From a virus (Duplodnaviria > Heunggongvirae > Uroviricota > Caudoviricetes), in the IMG/VR virus record IMGVR_UViG_3300028534_000514, positions 64,001 through 128,000 of that record: a DNA stretch of 64,000 nucleotides; one strand, given 5' to 3'. Both the position numbers and the translations under genes were made by a program. Of this stretch, positions 47,842-56,254 are shown piece by piece; position 1 is the stretch's first letter, and each line of letters starts with the position of its first letter. Under the pieces are notes generated by a model. The model was not told the DNA's origin and did no database searches. It saw only the letters and a program-made list of their open reading frames with translations.

Positions 47842-48200
47842 TACCAACTTGTAAAATCCATAGCAGGAGTTGATTCGGTTGGTGTCTCTTCCTTTTCTTC
47901 TGGCTTGCTCTTTTCGAGCAATTGCTCCTTTTGAGCAAAGCTTTTAAATTCATCCTTTACAAAATAATCCCAAAAATCTTCAGATTCTGCAAATTTTTTG
48001 ATAGCGATATTAATCATTGCAGATGCCATTTCCGGATGAACCATCTGGATGTACTCAAGAACTTTAATATCCGCAGTAAATGTCGCGGAATTAGACGGTG
48101 CAGGGGACTGTTGCGCCTGTTGTTGAGGCGGCATTGGTTGTCCCATAGGTTGTTGTTGTTGTTGTTGTGGAACGTATCCACCCCCATCATGAAATTGCAT
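47841..48200 (-). CDS. Small protein with a Gln/Pro-rich N-terminus and a possible ribbon-helix-helix (ParR-like) domain
   Basis: ATFTADIKVLEYIQMVHPEMASAMINIAIKKF beta-alpha-alpha pattern; same operon as parM. Confidence 0.45.
   Translation of the reverse strand: MQFHDGGGYVPQQQQQQPMGQPMPPQQQAQQSPAPSNSATFTADIKVLEYIQMVHPEMASAMINIAIKKFAESEDFWDYFVKDEFKSFAQKEQLLEKSKPEEKEETPTESTPAMDFTSW
47905..47943. repeat. GAGCAATTGCTC array, site F (inside a CDS)
   Basis: 47905-47938 is the exact reverse complement of 7383-7416. Confidence 0.9.
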
Positions 48201-48753
48201 GTATTTCCTCCAGTTTATTTTTTATTTCTTCAGTATTAAACGCTTCGATTAAAAAATCTTCTTTAATATTATCTATTTGGGTTTCACTGACATGAACGTC
48301 ATTATTTTTTGGAAGATTCTTATTTACCATTTTAATAATAAATAATTCATATCCATAGTCTTCTGCAAATTTGCGTAAAGCAGCCTCTTCATTGGTATAT
48401 CTTAAATCTGTTACTAAAACATAGTCTGGCTTTAAATTTTCTATAAAGTCTTGGGTTCTTGTTAGAGTTAAATTAACCCATATATTTTCCCCAATATAAG
48501 TTTTAATTGCTTCCCCCAATTGCTGATACACTTCCCGGAGGGTTAATCCATTAAAAGGTTTTATATCCATCCGTTTAATTAAATCCGCTTGGGAATTTTT
48601 TATACCAAAACTATCATGAATTATATTTTTAAGAATATCAGCGAAGGATACCTCGATAATTAAAGCATTTTTTCTTTCAAGTTTATCACGTAGATATTCC
48701 GCGGCAGTATTTTTACCCGAACCTTTAGCACCGGTAAAAGCTATAATTTTCAT
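48187..48753 (-). CDS. Deoxynucleoside monophosphate kinase
   Basis: IIAFTGAKGSGKNT P-loop, FADILK, REVYQQLGE, VTDLRYTNE. Confidence 0.9.
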   Translation of the reverse strand: MKIIAFTGAKGSGKNTAAEYLRDKLERKNALIIEVSFADILKNIIHDSFGIKNSQADLIKRMDIKPFNGLTLREVYQQLGEAIKTYIGENIWVNLTLTRTQDFIENLKPDYVLVTDLRYTNEEAALRKFAEDYGYELFIIKMVNKNLPKNNDVHVSETQIDNIKEDFLIEAFNTEEIKNKLEEIHAIS

Positions 48754-49658
48754 TATATGACCCCACTAATATTTCCAAATTCATATGGTTTATCGGTAAA
48801 AATAACATTTGGAGGAAAAGCAATGCCTTCTAAGAGATAGCAACCCCCACCAGCTAAAATTACTTTTTCAGAAGTAGCCAATATCTTTTTTTCTCCTGTT
48901 AAAACAGAAGAAAATAATTTTTTTACGAATTGGGATTTAAGCTCTGTAATTTTTTCGGTAACCTGGGGTTGTTCTGCTCCATTAAAAATAAATTTATTAT
49001 TCATAAAAATTTTAAGGGCTTCTGCTTCTCCAAAAGGCATATTAAATGTTGATTCAAGATATGTTGCGAACGGGCGAAGAATACTCGATACCCCATGTCC
49101 ACTATAACCTTTTGAATGAGCTTTTTTTGGTTGGCCATTTTCATAAACCAGGAAATTAATGGTATTAAATCCAATATCGATGATTGCTGCTGAACTCGGG
49201 TGCACTCCATTTTTTCCTACAAATTGCATATATGCCCCAGCACCCTGCGGAAGTAGGGTAATATTATCAAATTTCAATTGATTACCATTTACTTCAAAAG
49301 AAGAAAGCACTTTTAAATATTCGTCTTTATGTTTCCAGTCGGCTAAAGCTAATGTTAAAAATAATTCAACATTACCCGATACAGCATCCTCCACTAAATT
49401 TAATTTTTTAAGTACATGATAAATAATTACAGGATCAAATTGTTGTTTAAATCCGAAATCTGTTGTTGTAAAAGTCTCTAATCCGACTGCAGCTTCACCA
49501 ACGTAATAGGTTTCTCCTTTATATTTAACTACATCATCCTCCCCATAATCAATTCCCAAATCGGTGGCAAAAGCAATAGCCGAAGGGAAACGATAAAGCT
49601 TTCCTTCGTATTTAACCTTAGTAGAACTATACCCTATATCGGCAGCTAATTTTTTCAT
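48753..49658 (-). CDS. parM: ParM/StbA-family actin-like ATPase
   Basis: AADIGYSSTK (phosphate 1), PQGAGA (connect 1), IIDIGFNTIN (phosphate 2), ILAGGG (adenosine). Confidence 0.85.
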   Translation of the reverse strand: MKKLAADIGYSSTKVKYEGKLYRFPSAIAFATDLGIDYGEDDVVKYKGETYYVGEAAVGLETFTTTDFGFKQQFDPVIIYHVLKKLNLVEDAVSGNVELFLTLALADWKHKDEYLKVLSSFEVNGNQLKFDNITLLPQGAGAYMQFVGKNGVHPSSAAIIDIGFNTINFLVYENGQPKKAHSKGYSGHGVSSILRPFATYLESTFNMPFGEAEALKIFMNNKFIFNGAEQPQVTEKITELKSQFVKKLFSSVLTGEKKILATSEKVILAGGGCYLLEGIAFPPNVIFTDKPYEFGNISGVI

Positions 49659-49691
49659 ATATTATCCTTATTCCTTATTTCTTATTCATTA

Positions 49692-50075
49692 TTATTTTAT
49701 TTCTTTTATTTCTAAACTAAAAAGTTCACCGGAGGTTCGTAACCACTTTCGTATTATATTAAGTGCCTCTTCATATTGATCACAAAGTGATTCTTCAATA
49801 ACCAAAGATTTACTTCTATATAGATTATTAAACCACTCCTGAATATTTTCAATTTCCTCAATAAATTCAATAAATTCGGTTATCTTTTCCTTTTCAAGAG
49901 TTTGAAGAATTTTAGCTGAACCGCTGGCAGATATTATAAAATCTAAATCCAAGCTTTTTAACTCATCATTCTCAGTAAGAATAATCTGCGCTAAAAATTC
50001 TTTATTTTTTTCAATATCAAATATCAATGAACCTCCTTTAAACGATGAAATCTTTTTCGAAATTCTTTTGGCCAT
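49692..50075 (-). CDS. Hypothetical protein
   Basis: Operonic ORF. Confidence 0.6.
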   Translation of the reverse strand: MAKRISKKISSFKGGSLIFDIEKNKEFLAQIILTENDELKSLDLDFIISASGSAKILQTLEKEKITEFIEFIEEIENIQEWFNNLYRSKSLVIEESLCDQYEEALNIIRKWLRTSGELFSLEIKEIK

Positions 50076-50560
50076 TTATCTACAGCAGCATATAAATCCA
50101 CTTTATTTTCAGTAAATTGTTTTCTTAAGAAATTCATATTATTAAAAAATTCTTTTTCGGAGGCGTAGCCATAATAATGAGGATTTATTGACCAATTATA
50201 TAATAAATCAATAACCTGCTTCATTTTTTCATAATGCCAATTATTATTTAACATTATAAAGGTGAACGGACCAATATATTGCCAATCAAGAATTATATTG
50301 CATTGTTTATAAATTATCTTTTGCATCTCTGGATTGGGCTCAGAGCAATTGCACCAGTAACTTAAATTAACAAGTTTAATATAATTTGTATAAAGTTGTT
50401 TTTTGAATTCTTTTGACATTTCCTGTTTAGTTAGGTACATATAAAGCTCTTTTAGAAAAATATATTCCAATTCATTCATTGGACTATATTTTCCAGTTCT
50501 CTCTATATATTTAGACATACGTGTTTCTAATTTCCATTTTGTCCATTTCGTCGTACTCAT
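50024..50560 (-). CDS. Hypothetical protein
   Basis: Start coupled to the helicase stop. Confidence 0.6.
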   Translation of the reverse strand: MSTTKWTKWKLETRMSKYIERTGKYSPMNELEYIFLKELYMYLTKQEMSKEFKKQLYTNYIKLVNLSYWCNCSEPNPEMQKIIYKQCNIILDWQYIGPFTFIMLNNNWHYEKMKQVIDLLYNWSINPHYYGYASEKEFFNNMNFLRKQFTENKVDLYAAVDKWPKEFRKRFHRLKEVH

Positions 50561-52293
50561 GATTGAAATCCTATATATTTAAATTTGGCTTCCGGATATT
50601 GGACCTTTATATTGTTCGTTAGTATAATACCAGTACTCTTTTTAAAATCAATAAAAGGACTAGGGATAAAATATTGAACCAGTGGTTTCTGTTTCCCTTC
50701 ATGTATTCTAGTTATTCTTCCAATTGATTGTATTACCGAAATTTTTCCAATACGGGGTGCTCCACCAAATATAATATTACTTAACTGGCTTTTATCGAAT
50801 CCGGCGCTAAGTAAATTATAGTTTGAAATAATAATATCGGATTCACGAACCTTTTGTTTATATAGATCCAAAGCATGCTCTTTTAAATATTCGATATGTT
50901 CGTCTATCTCTTTTCGCCGCGCTTTAATCTTTTGATTGGCTTCTTTACGTTTAAGTTCCTTACTTTTAACCAGAGCATCGAGTTCTTCTTTGTACTCTTT
51001 GTAAGAACCCATAATCTCCTTTCTAGCTTCTTTGACAAGATCCATTGCATCCTGCTTTGTCTTACCTTTAAGGAGTAGGACTTTATCGGCAATTGAAGGA
51101 TGCCGTTTATGAATTTCATTTTGTAATTTCTCCATAAGTGCTATTGTAGAAAACAATACAACTATATTATGCCCTTGAGTATAATTCCAATTAACAATAT
51201 CAGCAAGGTATTCAAAATACTGATGTTTTGATTTCATCATTGAATTAAACATACCTAAAAACATGGTATAATCCGCTCCTAATGAAACCAGTCTCTTGGT
51301 TTCAGCTTCTGTGAATGGCACGAATACACTATGTATTTCAATGTCAGGAACTAGATTCTGATGTTCGACTACATATATAGTTTCCCCAATCGAGGTTTTT
51401 AATAAATAGTCATTTAAACCAACTCTATAAGGGGTCGCACTTAACCCAAGAATAAAAGGAGTTAAAAATATACTAGAGGTCTTAGCGTATGATGTTGCAG
51501 CACCACTGTTATGGCATTCATCATAAACAATCAATTCCTTAAATTTATAGAAAGAAAGAAGTTCGTGGAATTTATTTCTTTTTATTTGACTAAAAAGAGA
51601 TTGTATTTTAATAATTGAAATTGGTTTTTCAATTGCATCTTGATTCGCTTTAAGATTAGAACCTTGAATTATTCCTATATCATCTTCGGTTAAATTAGTA
51701 AATTGTAATATCGCTTCAACCCATTGATCTTGAAGAACCTCATTTGGAACAATAATGAGACCTTGAGCTCGTAATCTCGATATCAATGTGATCGACATAG
51801 CAGTCTTGCCCACACCGGGTGCAGCTTGTAATACTCCGTGTAGTCGAGTTTTTTCATTAAGTTCAGCAATAAAAAAATCAAGTACTGGTTCTTGCTCAGG
51901 TCTCAGTTCAAATCCATCAATTAATTTGACCGGATGTTGATCTGATAAACGTCTGCTTTCAAACATAAATTTATAGTCCCTCGAGGTATTTAAGTCTTTT
52001 AATCTATTTTCGAGATTAATAGTCGGACTAAATTGATCTGGAATTGTATCTTTGTGCGTCTCCCAAAAGAATCTGGGAAGTAGCACAAAACTCGGAGTTA
52101 TATTTTCAATTTCTTTTCTTTCAAGATAATCAAGATAATCTTTTTTTTCATCAAAAAAAACAACTATCTCATCTAGCTCTTCCTCCGAGAATTGGGTATA
52201 GCCTTTGGTTAAATTACAAAACTGTTTTAAAAATTGCCATTCATTATATGTTACTATATTTGGAATATCATATTCCGAAGTAGTATTAGTCAT
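50557..52293 (-). CDS. Superfamily II DNA helicase (UvsW/ResIII-like)
   Basis: AAPGVGKT, VYDECH, GLSATPYR, LSAGFD, IQSIGRITR. Confidence 0.9.
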   Translation of the reverse strand: MTNTTSEYDIPNIVTYNEWQFLKQFCNLTKGYTQFSEEELDEIVVFFDEKKDYLDYLERKEIENITPSFVLLPRFFWETHKDTIPDQFSPTINLENRLKDLNTSRDYKFMFESRRLSDQHPVKLIDGFELRPEQEPVLDFFIAELNEKTRLHGVLQAAPGVGKTAMSITLISRLRAQGLIIVPNEVLQDQWVEAILQFTNLTEDDIGIIQGSNLKANQDAIEKPISIIKIQSLFSQIKRNKFHELLSFYKFKELIVYDECHNSGAATSYAKTSSIFLTPFILGLSATPYRVGLNDYLLKTSIGETIYVVEHQNLVPDIEIHSVFVPFTEAETKRLVSLGADYTMFLGMFNSMMKSKHQYFEYLADIVNWNYTQGHNIVVLFSTIALMEKLQNEIHKRHPSIADKVLLLKGKTKQDAMDLVKEARKEIMGSYKEYKEELDALVKSKELKRKEANQKIKARRKEIDEHIEYLKEHALDLYKQKVRESDIIISNYNLLSAGFDKSQLSNIIFGGAPRIGKISVIQSIGRITRIHEGKQKPLVQYFIPSPFIDFKKSTGIILTNNIKVQYPEAKFKYIGFQS

Positions 52294-52340
52294 AGATATT
52301 CCTCCGTATTAAAATTGTATTGTTAATAATTTATATTATG

Positions 52341-52364
52341 ATTTTATTGGAGCTCCAATAAAAT
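52341..52364 (-). terminator. 24-bp perfect palindrome, probable terminator
   Basis: ATTTTATTGGAGCTCCAATAAAAT. Confidence 0.55.
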
Positions 52365-52401
52365 TACCAACTGGAGTGATAATAAAAATCTGAGGATCTA
52401 A

Positions 52402-52848
52402 TTAATTTGTCCTGTTCATCATATGGTTTTTTCTTTCGTCAATAATTGGCTTGATATTTTCAAGAGTTCTTTTTAATTCTCTCCAGTAGTATTCATCCGC
52501 TTCCGCTCCTCCAAAAAAGAAACCCTCTGTGGGAGGGATAATAGTGGCATCTTGGGATAGGATAGCTTTTGTAAGATCTCTGTATAATTTTTCCAACATC
52601 TCTTCATCAATAAGATAATTACCACAATCATCCACACCGTTTTGAACATTATCGACGAACCATTTATGAATAGCATTTGCTTTTCTCCAATACATAAAAT
52701 CTAGCTCGACTGCTTCAATTTTGGCCATAGGTATTTTGTATATATCCTCACCAAATGGAGCTTTGATCTCAAGTTCTCCAGGACGCTCTTCTGCTTTATA
52801 AGCCGCACCTATATAAACTTTCTGTGTCATGTACATATCTAATCCCAT
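52402..52848 (-). CDS. Conserved phage hypothetical protein
   Basis: MGLDMY...YWRKANAIHKWFV...PPTEGFFFG pattern common in phage proteins. Confidence 0.75.
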   Translation of the reverse strand: MGLDMYMTQKVYIGAAYKAEERPGELEIKAPFGEDIYKIPMAKIEAVELDFMYWRKANAIHKWFVDNVQNGVDDCGNYLIDEEMLEKLYRDLTKAILSQDATIIPPTEGFFFGGAEADEYYWRELKRTLENIKPIIDERKNHMMNRTN

Positions 52849-53246
52849 TGTATATCCCTTTCATTTCTAAAATATTGTTCCTGAAGTTTGCAATGTATTT
52901 CAAATTCAGGAGCAGTCAAAAGAAGAACTCCTTCATTAATTATGCGTTCATACATTATATCTGGGTTTTCATGCAGGTCCGAAGATTCTATTATCACCTT
53001 TAAACCAATTTTCGGCTCAAATGCGAACCAATAACTAAATTTAAAATAAAGATGTTCAACCTTATCTACCGCTTTTTCTGTTTTAAACTGCTCCAGCCAA
53101 AAATCTTTTACATATTTTTGATCTAACACAGAACTTACTTTATATGGTGTACACCCATAATTTTCGAGATACAAATACAAATAAAAGGTTGCTTGTATTC
53201 CTGGATAAATCAAAGGAACACATTTTATTAATCTATGTTTAACCAC
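52839..53246 (-). CDS. Hypothetical protein
   Basis: C-terminal VLLLTAPEFEI. Confidence 0.55.
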   Translation of the reverse strand: MVKHRLIKCVPLIYPGIQATFYLYLYLENYGCTPYKVSSVLDQKYVKDFWLEQFKTEKAVDKVEHLYFKFSYWFAFEPKIGLKVIIESSDLHENPDIMYERIINEGVLLLTAPEFEIHCKLQEQYFRNERDIQWD

Positions 53247-53695
53247 TCTAAAAAAGCCTTTCTATCTTTTTTTAATTCATTATTTAAAAATTTCATTTCC
53301 ACCGGGGTTAATAAAAGATATTTATCTGAAATTTCTCTATCCTCTTTATCAAAATTTATAGGGATATCTGAGCCAAAATACCCCCACAAATTTTTATTTT
53401 CATCGATTTCAGTATATAAAATAATTGTATCAGAATAGATAGCATTTAATGGATATAGTGTATACCATAGCATGTCACCATAATTAAAGCGAATCATCGC
53501 TCCTCTCTCATACTGGAAATGGGTGCCCATAACTACCTCATTTTTATAACCAGCTATCCCAAAATATAAAGTCATATTAAAACTTTTTGGTATTCTATGA
53601 TGTCTTATATTAATACGAAATTCCTTTTTTAAAATTAGATTTATATTAGTATCAACCGATTGTTCAACTGAAATCCTATGGTTTGGCTTCATCAA
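53228..53695 (-). CDS. Hypothetical protein, C-terminal LTxxExxxL family
   Basis: YLLLTPVEMKFLNNELKK. Confidence 0.6.
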   Translation of the reverse strand: MMKPNHRISVEQSVDTNINLILKKEFRINIRHHRIPKSFNMTLYFGIAGYKNEVVMGTHFQYERGAMIRFNYGDMLWYTLYPLNAIYSDTIILYTEIDENKNLWGYFGSDIPINFDKEDREISDKYLLLTPVEMKFLNNELKKDRKAFLEWLNID

Positions 53696-53739
53696 TATCC
53701 TTTAGAATTTTTTAATATTTAATAAAATAAAAATAAAAT

Positions 53740-54060
53740 TTGGTTCTAGGGCACTGTCGCCCAGACTTTTTAACGTGTTCAGTCACGCCCTCTTTCGAAT
53801 AAGGTGGGTCTTACACCTTATTACCAGTGGTTTCAAGCCACCACGCGGGTTTCCACAACTATCACCTATGAACTCTTTGAGCTTTCGGCGCTGGCGCTAT
53901 ACGATAGTTGGGACGCTTTGGGGATTTTTGACGTCCGCCCGCCCGTTATTAAAGACAATACGAAGTTAGTTGCCGATGAGACCATCTCATCGATACTTTT
54001 CTCCGTTTCTCTAACTTATCGGAGGTCTAAGGACCTTTGCCCGATTTTCGGAAAGAGAAT
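53740..54060 (-). ncRNA. ~320-nt GC-rich highly structured RNA
   Basis: Stems CGAUGAGA/UCUCAUCG, CAACUAUC/GAUAGUUG, AAUAAGGUG/CACCUUAUU, GUGGU/ACCAC, AGGUC/GACCU, GGGC/GCCC; AT-rich flanks. Confidence 0.7.
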
Positions 54061-54136
54061 TAATGTCACATATTTATATAATATTAATTATGTAAATACC
54101 TCATATCATTATATAATAAAGACTCCTTGTCTTCAT

Positions 54137-54173
54137 TAATAATATTTATATACTTTTTTGCTTTATTCTAAAG
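54137..54173 (-). promoter_or_regulatory. Putative early promoter (variant)
   Basis: CTTTAGAATAAAGCAAAAAAGTATATAAATATTATT; a second TATAAATA at 54071-54078. Confidence 0.65.
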
Positions 54174-54191
54174 CAGAAAAATAAAGAATTT

Positions 54192-54203
54192 AACAAAGAC
54201 CTA
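54192..54203 (+). promoter_or_regulatory. Putative late promoter AACA-N6-TA
   Basis: AACAaagaccTA. Confidence 0.55.
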
Positions 54204-54222
54204 TATAAAAAAAGGAGAAAAA

Positions 54223-54816
54223 ATGCCATTTGGACGTAGAAGAAATAAAGATTCTTTTTTTTGCTATAAAAGGTATCCTCCACGAGCACCTGTTGATGGC
54301 TGGTATCGAGTAAGTCTACTAAGGGATGATTATAATGCATATGATAGAACAAGCTTTAAAAAAGATGACAGTTATTTTGGTTTATATAAACATTATTTCG
54401 AAATGAGTAATGGTATAATGTTATTAAAAACTACTGGTGATTTTGGGTCCCCGAATTTATATAGGTCGAAAGTCCAAAATACTGATACATTACACGCGGA
54501 TAAATACCGGACCAATCCAGGAAGCTACCGATGCCAGTTAAAATTCGATTATACTACTCGTACCTGGGAACGTCTCGATGATAATGGATATATGCTTTAT
54601 CCCGTGGAAATAAATGCTCCAAGTCCGTCTTTAGCCTCAGACATTGAACCAAATATGAATTCTTGCAGTTTAGGTGTATGTTTAAATGATCCAAGATTTC
54701 TGGTAACAATAACATCGAAAAGACATTATACATTTAATCATTCTGGACAATATTCAGAATTTCCAAAATATGGTTATATATGGCTATTTGCGGGTGAGAC
54801 AATAGACAGCATATAA
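54223..54816 (+). CDS. Hypothetical (probable virion) protein
   Basis: RBS AAGGAG; first gene of the + block. Confidence 0.65.
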   Translation: MPFGRRRNKDSFFCYKRYPPRAPVDGWYRVSLLRDDYNAYDRTSFKKDDSYFGLYKHYFEMSNGIMLLKTTGDFGSPNLYRSKVQNTDTLHADKYRTNPGSYRCQLKFDYTTRTWERLDDNGYMLYPVEINAPSPSLASDIEPNMNSCSLGVCLNDPRFLVTITSKRHYTFNHSGQYSEFPKYGYIWLFAGETIDSI

Positions 54817-54858
54817 AATCGGAACAAAAATATACATAAATTAATTAAAGGATAAAAC

Positions 54859-55446
54859 ATGTTAATGGATGAATTTAAAGCTATTTTTGCTGAAAAAACA
54901 TATCAAAATGGGACCTCAAGTATTTCTGACCTTGAATTGGTACTTAAAGAAATGGGGGCAGATATAACCGCTATTAAAGAATGGCCATCAGCTGAATATT
55001 TTTATGAAACTCTTACTGGCGCAATGGAAACTGTAGATAGAAAAAAACTACTTAGCACTTCTGACTTTAGAAATATTATGAAGATGATGGGCGCTACTCA
55101 AGATGAAATCAATAAATTAATTGATCCAACTTTCTATGGAACAATGACTGTTACAGACCTTCGCCAGGCATTAATTAAAATGTCAAGCGATTATGTCGAG
55201 CCAGATCTTAATGGTCCTACTATTACCATTCTTGGTAATAATCCAGAGTATGTTCTCAAAGGAGATACATATGTCGATGCTGGGGCGACTGCTGAAGACG
55301 AGAAAGACGGGGATCTTACTGGAGATATTATTACCGATAATCAAGTTGATACTACCTATTCCGGTGAATATGCTGTTTATTACACAGTAAAAGATTCCGA
55401 TGGTAATGTGGCAGAGGATAAAAGAACAGTAATTGTTCACACATAA
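54859..55446 (+). CDS. Protein with a C-terminal Ig-like DUF5011-type domain
   Basis: GPTITILGNNPEYVLKGDTYVDAGATAEDEKDGDLT...YTVKDSDGN. Confidence 0.85.
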   Translation: MLMDEFKAIFAEKTYQNGTSSISDLELVLKEMGADITAIKEWPSAEYFYETLTGAMETVDRKKLLSTSDFRNIMKMMGATQDEINKLIDPTFYGTMTVTDLRQALIKMSSDYVEPDLNGPTITILGNNPEYVLKGDTYVDAGATAEDEKDGDLTGDIITDNQVDTTYSGEYAVYYTVKDSDGNVAEDKRTVIVHT

Positions 55447-55459
55447 TTATATTATACAA

Positions 55460-55494
55460 AAATATATCTCGCTAAAGCGAGATATATTTCCTGT
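55460..55494 (+). terminator. Hairpin terminator with CCTGT tail
   Basis: AAATATATCTCGCT-AA-AGCGAGATATATTT-CCTGT. Confidence 0.8.
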
Positions 55495-55541
55495 TGCTTT
55501 TTTAAAGAAACAAATAGATAAGAAAAATAAAAGGATAAATA

Positions 55542-56237
55542 ATGAAACGAAATCCCTTATACGCTTTTAAAGATGGAAACTCAATTGGAGTATTTAATAT
55601 ACCTTTGAATTCTACAATTCATATTTTGGATGATAGTACGGATGGTACAGGTAATACTAGATTTGTAGAAATTATTTCTAAAACTGGATTAAATCCTGGA
55701 TCGACGATTGCACAATTTCTGGCTAATCCAGATTTATATATTGATCTTTCAAATGAGAATATATCTCCATCTCAGCTTCAAAAGATTGAGGTCGATGGTA
55801 AAACAGGGTGGAGGATATTAGGAAGAGACCCAAATAACTATGGCGAAATTGGGGATCAAGCTATTGATTTAAGTCTTAGTTTAGATTCGGGTAGTGTAAA
55901 TGGAGCAACGGGTTATAACTCCTTCGCTGTCGGTTTAAATGTGGAAGCAAGTGAAGATAATAGTGTTGTATTTGGCAATAATACAAAATCAAATTATTAT
56001 GGTGAAACAGTATTTGGTTCTTACAATGTAGACCCACAATCAAGTGTTAATGGTCCAACAAAATTCGTGGTTGGTATTGGAACTAATTGGGAAAACTATC
56101 AGAATGGTTTTGAAGTATATACAAATGGAGTTGTTAGAGCACCAAGTTGTTCAATAGCTGAAATTGCCGCGAGTGATGAAAAAACTCTTGTGACAAAAGA
56201 GTACGCCGATGATATCGATGGCGGGGATTTAACATAA
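55542..56237 (+). CDS. Short YadA-like fibre, single-module paralogue of 7978
   Basis: MKRNPLY.FK N-terminus, GWRILGRDP..YG.IG..AIDLS, NGFEVYTNG..RAP. Confidence 0.8.
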   Translation: MKRNPLYAFKDGNSIGVFNIPLNSTIHILDDSTDGTGNTRFVEIISKTGLNPGSTIAQFLANPDLYIDLSNENISPSQLQKIEVDGKTGWRILGRDPNNYGEIGDQAIDLSLSLDSGSVNGATGYNSFAVGLNVEASEDNSVVFGNNTKSNYYGETVFGSYNVDPQSSVNGPTKFVVGIGTNWENYQNGFEVYTNGVVRAPSCSIAEIAASDEKTLVTKEYADDIDGGDLT

Positions 56238-56254
56238 GAAGTAAAGGATGATTT

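Noticed and set aside
50343-50354. GAGCAATTGCAC as an eighth array site
   Set aside because: Single imperfect copy without 17-bp-spaced partners
53740-54060. c-di-GMP riboswitch, group I intron or tmRNA
   Set aside because: GGGCAAA is not followed by the GAAA tetraloop stem and receptor. AAGUCU lacks a perfect AGACU P7 partner and there is no interrupted gene. No credible tag peptide was found.
53775-54139. ORFs 53775-53969 and 53804-54139
   Set aside because: No RBS; stop-poor GC-rich RNA region antisense to the promoter motif
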